Shown here piece after piece: positions 58,256 to 64,000 of a DNA stretch of 64,000 bases. Each line of letters opens with the position of its first letter. Position 1 is the first letter of the stretch. The position numbers were made by a program, and so were the translations under genes. The notes under the pieces are model-generated. The model did not search any database and was not told the origin of the DNA. It saw only the letters and a list, made by a program, of their open reading frames with translations. This DNA comes from an uncultured Chloroflexia bacterium (GTDB lineage: Bacteria > Chloroflexota > Limnocylindria > Limnocylindrales > CSP1-4), in assembly GCA_963843335.1 (NCBI GenBank), contig CAWJKF010000003.1, positions 18,207 through 82,206 on the forward strand. Reading direction: 5' to 3'.

Positions 58256-58821
58256 GATCGACTCCCTCCTGGGCTGGCCGCGGGTGGCACGATCGTCGCC
58301 AGGTCGGCCACCAGGCCTGCCGCCGAGAATGGTCCAAGGCTGAAGGCCCGCACGATGCCGTCGCCGTCGATGAAGTAGCTCTGGGGGACCCCCAGCCCGA
58401 TGTAGTCGCGCCACACCACATCGGCGTCATCGAGCAGCATCGGCCACGTGGCGCCCTGCTGCTGGGCGAACGCGCGGGCATTGGGGCCGCTGTCATCATG
58501 CACGATGCCCAGGATCTCGAGGCCCCGGTCGCGGTACTCCCCATAGGCTCCCACGAGGAGCGGGAACTCGCCCCGGCAGGGGACGCACCAGCTGGCCCAG
58601 ATGTTGACCACGACCGGACGGCCCGCGTAGTCCGCGAGCGTCACGGCATTGCCGTCCAGATCCTTGAGGGCGATGGCCGGGGCCGGCTTGCCCAGGAGCG
58701 GTGAGCCACCGACGACGATGGGCCCGGACCCTGTCGGCGATGCGCTCGGCGCCGTCCCGCCGAGGGGCACGAAGAGGGCGACGGCAAGCACGACCACGAC
58801 GACCGCCGCGGCGGCCACCAT
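58252..58821 (-). CDS. TlpA/ResA-like membrane-anchored thiol:disulfide oxidoreductase
   Basis: TM anchor. WASWCVPC active site. Confidence 0.7.
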   Translation of the reverse strand: MVAAAAVVVVVLAVALFVPLGGTAPSASPTGSGPIVVGGSPLLGKPAPAIALKDLDGNAVTLADYAGRPVVVNIWASWCVPCRGEFPLLVGAYGEYRDRGLEILGIVHDDSGPNARAFAQQQGATWPMLLDDADVVWRDYIGLGVPQSYFIDGDGIVRAFSLGPFSAAGLVADLATIVPPAASPGGSRS

Positions 58822-58847
58822 GGCGATCCGGCGTCGGTCGACGGTGC

Positions 58848-59840
58848 TCAGGATGTCGGCGGCGATCCCGCCTTGACGAGCAGCGTCCCGGTCATCGGCG
58901 GATGGATGGTGCAGATGTAGGTGTATGTACCGGCGGGCAGCGGCGGCAGCTGGTACTTGATGGTCGCCACACCCGTGATGTCCTTGCCCGCGAACAGGTA
59001 CGTCCCCGGCGTTGCGGGGTCTTCCACGTGGACGTTGTGGGGCACGCCGTCCTGCTTGTTGTCGAACGTCAGGGTCACCGGGGTGTTGGCCGGGATCACG
59101 ATCTGGCCCTGGTCGAAGTGGGTCGCCGCCGAAGCGGACAGGTAGGGCGTGGTCGTCGCCGGCGGGCCCTGGTCACCGGCCGCGGCCTGCTTGGGCAGGA
59201 ACGTCAGCAGCCAGGGTCCGAGCGTGAGCACGATCGCGACCAGGGCGACACCCGCGAACACCGGCACCAGCTTGTGGGGGAACACCTTGACCGGGTCGCG
59301 GGTCACCGGCTCGGCCTCGTGGCCGGCTTCCACCTGCACGAACTCGCGGTTGGCGTCGATGTACCAGCCGGCGGCCGCGGCGAGGGCCATCACGACGCCC
59401 GCCAGGATGAGCAGGGGACCCAGGACAAGACCCAGGAACACGAAGAACAGGCCGATGGGCGCGAGGAAGGGCCACGGGCTGGGGCCGGGCATATGGATGC
59501 CCTCGGGGATGGCCACCGGCGCAGGTGCCACCTGGGTCTCGGCCACCAGCCGCAGGCCGTGGTCGTGGGCATCGATCTGCTCGTACTCGCGGTTGGCGTC
59601 CCGGTACCAGCCCGCAGCGCCGATGACCGCGATGAGCAGTCCCGTGACCGCGATGGGGATGTTCAGGAAGACGCCGCTACCGCCGCCGACCGCGAGCGAG
59701 AAGAAGATGAGCACGAGGCCGATGGGCGCCACGAACGGCCACAGGGAGCCGCTGGGCATGTGCACGCCGCTGGGGACCGGGCCCGCCGGCAGGGGCCGCG
59801 GCACGCGCGACGCGTTGTGCGCGGCGTTGCGATGCCACAT
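58848..59840 (-). CDS. tandem-duplicated cytochrome c oxidase subunit-IV-like (CtaF-like) membrane domain fused to a C-terminal cupredoxin
   Basis: Two repeats of WPFxAPIGL...TM...AGWYxDANREx. C-terminal type-1 copper domain (VPHNVHV...YTYICTIHPPMTGTL). Confidence 0.6.
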   Translation of the reverse strand: MWHRNAAHNASRVPRPLPAGPVPSGVHMPSGSLWPFVAPIGLVLIFFSLAVGGGSGVFLNIPIAVTGLLIAVIGAAGWYRDANREYEQIDAHDHGLRLVAETQVAPAPVAIPEGIHMPGPSPWPFLAPIGLFFVFLGLVLGPLLILAGVVMALAAAAGWYIDANREFVQVEAGHEAEPVTRDPVKVFPHKLVPVFAGVALVAIVLTLGPWLLTFLPKQAAAGDQGPPATTTPYLSASAATHFDQGQIVIPANTPVTLTFDNKQDGVPHNVHVEDPATPGTYLFAGKDITGVATIKYQLPPLPAGTYTYICTIHPPMTGTLLVKAGSPPTS

Positions 59841-60005
59841 CGCGACCAGGCCCAGCAGCGTCAGCAGCAGCAGCCCGAGGAACAGCAGCGGGATGTATTG
59901 CAGGAGCGTCGCCCAGAGGGGCGTGACGACCTGGCTGACGAGATCGAGGGTGGAGTTCCAGAGGATCCATGGTCGCCGATCAGCTCTGGAGGACCGGGTC
60001 GGTCC

Positions 60006-60221
60006 TCATACGTCGCGGGAGCCGCGGACCAGCACGGCCAGCCCGAACACCATCGAGACACCCGCGAGGATGAGCATCAGCACGCCGGTAAGGTCGAGGG
60101 TCCGACTCGTGCAGTGGGTCATCTCGGGAGCACAGGTGCCGGCACCCTGCGTGACGAAGTAGATGATGCCGACGAGCACGAAGAACGCCCCCACCACGAA
60201 GGTGTTCCGCCAGTTGAACAT
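60006..60221 (-). CDS. small two-helix membrane protein within the oxidase cluster
   Basis: 71-aa ORF with hydrophobic helices (FVVGAFFVLVGIIYFV and VLMLILAGVSMVFGLAVLV). Confidence 0.35.
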   Translation of the reverse strand: MFNWRNTFVVGAFFVLVGIIYFVTQGAGTCAPEMTHCTSRTLDLTGVLMLILAGVSMVFGLAVLVRGSRDV

Positions 60222-60236
60222 CGGCTGGTCTCCCGC

Positions 60237-60812
60237 TTACCGCAGCACGTAGATGGTCAGGAACAGGAACACCCAGACCACGTCCACGAAGTGCCAGTAG
60301 TAGTGGACCGCTTCCACGGCGACGTGGTGCTCCTTCGAGAACTGGCCACGCATGCCGCGCGCGAGCACGACCGCGATACCCACGATGCCGCCCAGGACGT
60401 GGGCGCCGTGGAAGCCCGTCATGACGTAGAACAACGAACCATAGACGCCGCTGTTGATGCCGAAGTCTTCCGTCGACACGAGCATGTAGTACTCGAACAT
60501 CATCAGGCACAGGAACGCGATGCCCAGGCCCAGCGTGACCGCGAGACCCCGGTTCATGCCCGTCCGATCACCCTTGCGGATCTGGTCGGTCGCCCACTGC
60601 ATCGTGAACGAACTGCTCACCAGGATGATGGTGATGAGCACCGACAGGCCCAGGCCGAAGAGGCCGCTGCCCTGCCAGCTGATGAACTCGGTGCCTTCCG
60701 GTGGCCAGACCGCCGCGGTCGCCCGGACGTTGAAGTAGACCCCGAACAGCGCCGCGAAGAACATGATCTCGCTGGCGATGAACAGGAGCATGCCCATGAG
60801 GGCGATGTCCAT
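60237..60812 (-). CDS. ctaE: cytochrome c oxidase subunit III
   Basis: COX3 pattern (FGVYFNVRA, YYMLVSTEDFGINSGVYGSLFYVMTGFHGAHV, YYWHFVDVVWVFLFL). Confidence 0.85.
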   Translation of the reverse strand: MDIALMGMLLFIASEIMFFAALFGVYFNVRATAAVWPPEGTEFISWQGSGLFGLGLSVLITIILVSSSFTMQWATDQIRKGDRTGMNRGLAVTLGLGIAFLCLMMFEYYMLVSTEDFGINSGVYGSLFYVMTGFHGAHVLGGIVGIAVVLARGMRGQFSKEHHVAVEAVHYYWHFVDVVWVFLFLTIYVLR

Positions 60813-60881
60813 GCCCTTGGAGCCGTGGCTGGAGTCGGTCTCGGAGTCCGTGGCCCGCGGTCAGGCCATCGACAGGTGCGG

Positions 60882-62534
60882 TCACTGGACGGACCCCTCC
60901 GTCGTGGCGAGGCTGGCGCTCGGGGCATGACCCGCGTTGGGGTGCTTCAAGTCGAACACGGGGCGCTCCGAGCGGACCGGCGGCAGGTGGTCGAAGTTGT
61001 AGACCGGTGGCGGGCTCGTCGTGGCCCACTCGAGGGTGTTGGCATCCCACGGGTCGTCACCGGCCTCGGCCGGCTTGCGCAACGTGCTGAACACGTTCCA
61101 CATGAAGAACATCACGCCCACCGCGATGACGAAGGCGCCGATGGTCGACAGGAAGTTGAGCTCGCTCCAACCCGCGTTTGCGGAGTAGTCGGCGATGCGC
61201 CGGATCATGCCGTCAAGGCCCAGGAGGTGCTGCGGGAAGAAGGCCAGGTTGGTGCCGATGAACAGCAGCCAGAACTGGACCTTGCCCAGCCGCTCGTCGA
61301 GCTTCCGTCCGGTCATCTTGGGGAACCAGTAGAACAGCGCCGCGAAGATGGCGAACACGGAGCCCGCGACCAGGACGTAGTGGATGTGCGAGACGACCCA
61401 GTAGGTGTCCTGGACCATGAAGTCGAAGGGCACGACCGCCAGGAACGCGCCGTCGAGGCCACCGATGAGGAACAGGGCGATGAAGCCGCACGCGTACAGC
61501 ATCGGCGTGTCGAAGCTGAGCTTGCCGCCCCACATCGTGGCCAGCCAGTTGAAGAACTTGATGCCCGTGGGCACCGCGATGAGGAACGTGAAGAAGCTGA
61601 AGAAGGGCAGGTACACCGCGCCCGTCGTGAACATGTGGTGGGCCCAGACCGTGAAGCCCAGGGCGCCGATGGACGCGGTGGCGATGACGAACGCCTTGTA
61701 GCCGAACAGCGGCTTTCGCGAGAACACAGGCACGATCTCGCTCACGATGCCGAAGGCCGGCAGGATGAGGATGTACACCTCCGGGTGACCGAAGAACCAG
61801 AACACGTGCTGCCACAGGATCGGGTTACCGCCGAGGGACGGCTCGAAGAAGCCACCGCCGTAGTTGCGGTCGATGAAGATCATCACCAGGCCCGCCGTGA
61901 CCACCGGGATGGAGAACAGCAGCAGGACGCTGGTGACGAGCTGGGCCCAGCAGAACATCGGCATCCGCAGCAGCCCCATGCCCGGAGCGCGCAGCCGGAA
62001 GATGGTCACCAGGAAGTTGATGGAACCCAGGATGGAGCTGATGCCGGTCATGATCAGGCCCAGCACCAGCAGGTTGACACCAGTCTCCGGTACGTGGGTG
62101 GACAGCGGCGCGTACATGGTCCAGCCGACCGGCGCACCGCCGAACAGGAACGATGACTCGATGAGCAGGCCGCCGGCGAGGAACACCCACAGCGAGAGGG
62201 CATTGACGCGCGGGAAGGCCATGTCCGCGGCGCCCACCTGGAGTGGCACCACGTAGTTGCCGAGGCCCGTGAGCATCGGCATCACGAACAGGAAGATCAT
62301 GTTGATGGCGTGCAGCCCGAAGATCGAGTTGTACGTCGCCTCGCTCACGAACTGCAGTCCGGGCGCCGCCAGCTCGCTCCGGATGACGAGCGCGAGCACG
62401 CCACCGACGAGGAAGAAGAAGAAGCTCGTGATCACGTACATGATCCCGATCTTCTTGTGGTCGACCGTGGTGATCCAGTCGTAGACAGCAGCCCTGCGGT
62501 AGGACTGGGCCTGCGGGAGCGCGGTGGAAGCCAT
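60882..62534 (-). CDS. ctaD: cytochrome c oxidase subunit I
   Basis: COX1 pattern (WFFGHPEVYILILPAFGIVSEIVPVFS, HHMFTTG, YVVSHIHYVL). Confidence 0.9.
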   Translation of the reverse strand: MASTALPQAQSYRRAAVYDWITTVDHKKIGIMYVITSFFFFLVGGVLALVIRSELAAPGLQFVSEATYNSIFGLHAINMIFLFVMPMLTGLGNYVVPLQVGAADMAFPRVNALSLWVFLAGGLLIESSFLFGGAPVGWTMYAPLSTHVPETGVNLLVLGLIMTGISSILGSINFLVTIFRLRAPGMGLLRMPMFCWAQLVTSVLLLFSIPVVTAGLVMIFIDRNYGGGFFEPSLGGNPILWQHVFWFFGHPEVYILILPAFGIVSEIVPVFSRKPLFGYKAFVIATASIGALGFTVWAHHMFTTGAVYLPFFSFFTFLIAVPTGIKFFNWLATMWGGKLSFDTPMLYACGFIALFLIGGLDGAFLAVVPFDFMVQDTYWVVSHIHYVLVAGSVFAIFAALFYWFPKMTGRKLDERLGKVQFWLLFIGTNLAFFPQHLLGLDGMIRRIADYSANAGWSELNFLSTIGAFVIAVGVMFFMWNVFSTLRKPAEAGDDPWDANTLEWATTSPPPVYNFDHLPPVRSERPVFDLKHPNAGHAPSASLATTEGSVQ

Positions 62535-62546
62535 GCCGTTCCTCGC

Positions 62547-63698
62547 TTACTGGACCGTGAGCGTGCCGGTCATGTTGGCATGCACGCTGCAGTAGAAGGT
62601 GTATGTCCCTGCCTTGAGGGCCGGGGCCTTGTAGACCGCGTTCTGGCCCGCCTGGGCGATGGGCAGCCCGATCCAGTCGGTGCCGTCGGGGTTGGCGCCC
62701 TTGATGGACACGTTGTGGGGGTTCACCGGGTCCAGGTTGGCGAAGTCGATGGTCAGAGGCTGATCGGCCGGTGCGCTCAGCGTGGACTGGTCGAACTTGA
62801 GGTTGTCCGAGGCGCTGACCGAGAGTGTGGTCGCGGCCGGCACGCCGGGGCCCTCGCTGGGCTGCGGCTCCGGTGTCGCGGCTGCCTTGACCTGCTCGTC
62901 CGCGACCCACTGGTCGAACGTGGCCCGGTCGACGGCACGCACCGTGAAGTACATGTCCGAGTGGGAGAGGCCACAGAACTCCGCGCATTGACCACCGAAG
63001 GTGCCTTGCTCGAGCACCTTGACCTGGAACTCGTTGATGCGCCCGGGGACCACGTCCAGCTTCCGGAAGAACTGGGGCACGTAGAACGAGTGGATGACGT
63101 CATTGGCGTGCAGCCGGATGTCGATGGTCTCGTTGACCGGCACGACCATCTCCGGACCGTCCTTGCCGGCACCCGTGAAGCTCAGGCCCTGGTCCTTGTA
63201 GTCGAAGGTCCATTGCCACTGGAAGCCGGTGACGTCCACGGTGACCGCGGGGTTCGCGGCGACGGCGTCGACCTTGAGCAGCACGCTCGTCGAGACGAGG
63301 AAGAGCGCCAGCACGACCACCGCGGGGATGGCCGTCCAGAGGACCTCGAGCACATTGTTGCCGTGGCGCTGGCCCGGCAGCTCCGTGTCGCCACGCTTGC
63401 GTCGGAAGCGGATGGCGACGGTGATCAGGAGCCCCTCGACGAGCACGAAGACGATGCACGCGATGATGAAGATCGGGAGGTAGAGGTCCGCCGCCAGGCG
63501 TCCCTGCTCCGTGACCACGTTGCCCGGAAGGATGGCGGGCGTGCCAGCGCTCGTCGGATGGTCGTCACTGCGCGTCGCACAGCCCAACAGCACCAGGGCC
63601 GCCAGCGTCGCGAGACCGATCCACGACAGGTACCGGGTCGCGGCGCGAGCCGCGGAGATGACGCGCAAGGACTCCCCCGTGATTCCTGGGCTGGGCAA
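62547..63698 (-). CDS. ctaC: cytochrome c oxidase subunit II with an extra C-terminal cupredoxin domain
   Basis: CuA site HSFYVPQF...CAEFCGLSHSDMYF. C-terminal type-1 copper domain (NPHNVSI...YTFYCSVHANMTGTLTV). Confidence 0.85.
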   Translation of the reverse strand: MPSPGITGESLRVISAARAATRYLSWIGLATLAALVLLGCATRSDDHPTSAGTPAILPGNVVTEQGRLAADLYLPIFIIACIVFVLVEGLLITVAIRFRRKRGDTELPGQRHGNNVLEVLWTAIPAVVVLALFLVSTSVLLKVDAVAANPAVTVDVTGFQWQWTFDYKDQGLSFTGAGKDGPEMVVPVNETIDIRLHANDVIHSFYVPQFFRKLDVVPGRINEFQVKVLEQGTFGGQCAEFCGLSHSDMYFTVRAVDRATFDQWVADEQVKAAATPEPQPSEGPGVPAATTLSVSASDNLKFDQSTLSAPADQPLTIDFANLDPVNPHNVSIKGANPDGTDWIGLPIAQAGQNAVYKAPALKAGTYTFYCSVHANMTGTLTVQ

Positions 63699-63770
63699 AA
63701 GACCGGCCTATGATACGGCGTGATGTCCCGCTCCGTAGCCCGTACTCCGGCGCGGTCGCGCGCCCATCGG

Positions 63771-64000
63771 ATGTCAGGCGTCGCGCACGCCGGGCGAGCA
63801 CTTCCTGGTCACCCCGGCCGGCCCAGGCTGGCGGCCACTTCTGCCGGCCTGGCCCTGGTGGCCGTCCTGGTGCTCCCCGCGGTCGCCGCCGCGCACGGCA
63901 TCGCGCCCGTTCCCCCGGACCTCGGGATGCTGCTGACGGGCTGGTCGTTCGACATCGAGGTCTGGCTGCCGCTGCTCCTGGCGGCGTGGGCGTACCTGAC
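63771..64000 (+). CDS. ctaG: partial CtaG / copper-resistance-D-like cytochrome oxidase assembly factor (3' end outside window)
   Basis: Signal/TM LALVAVLVLPAVAAAHG, then GMLLTGWSFDIEVWLPLLLAAWAYL, typical of caa3-type CtaG N-termini. Confidence 0.45.
   Translation, partial: MSGVAHAGRALPGHPGRPRLAATSAGLALVAVLVLPAVAAAHGIAPVPPDLGMLLTGWSFDIEVWLPLLLAAWAYL

Noticed and set aside
58701-62156. 1151-aa plus-strand ORF spanning the cytochrome oxidase cluster
   Set aside because: Arg/Gly/Asp/His-rich low-complexity translation lying antisense to ctaD/ctaE, which have unmistakable conserved motifs. This is a typical stop-poor shadow frame in ~70% GC DNA.
1-64000. CRISPR arrays, transposases, integrases or prophage genes
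   Set aside because: No short regularly spaced repeats, no IS-like terminal inverted repeats, and no DDE or tyrosine-recombinase signatures anywhere in the six frames.

Overview
This 64 kb window is very GC-rich (I estimate about 70% GC by eye) and looks like a chromosomal segment from an actinobacterium (Actinomycetota); the six-frame track is full of spurious long ORFs with Arg/Pro/Gly-rich translations. I support about 70 features on both strands. The most notable are:
- a heliorhodopsin gene followed 15 bp downstream by a CarH/LitR-like B12 photoreceptor regulator;
- an aa3-type cytochrome c oxidase cluster (ctaC-ctaD-ctaE, a tandem CtaF-like gene, TlpA, partial CtaG) in which CtaC and the CtaF-like protein both carry C-terminal type-1 copper cupredoxin domains;
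- an ApbE flavin transferase operon with a di-heme ferric-reductase-like membrane protein and two paralogous exported proteins;
- a vapBC pair next to an initiator tRNA-Met;
- two sugar ABC uptake loci;
- an ECF sigma/anti-sigma pair beside a Ca-binding RTX-like protein;
- a vanadium-haloperoxidase-like/CRTAC1-like gene pair.
Many conserved genes are interrupted by single-base frameshifts, including a Kv-type K+ channel with at least four, with a dense cluster at 32.2-35.0 kb and one in a C8 homopolymer. The pattern suggests indel-type sequencing errors, though real pseudogenisation is not excluded. I found no CRISPR array, transposase or integrase. All domain calls rest on motifs read by eye.
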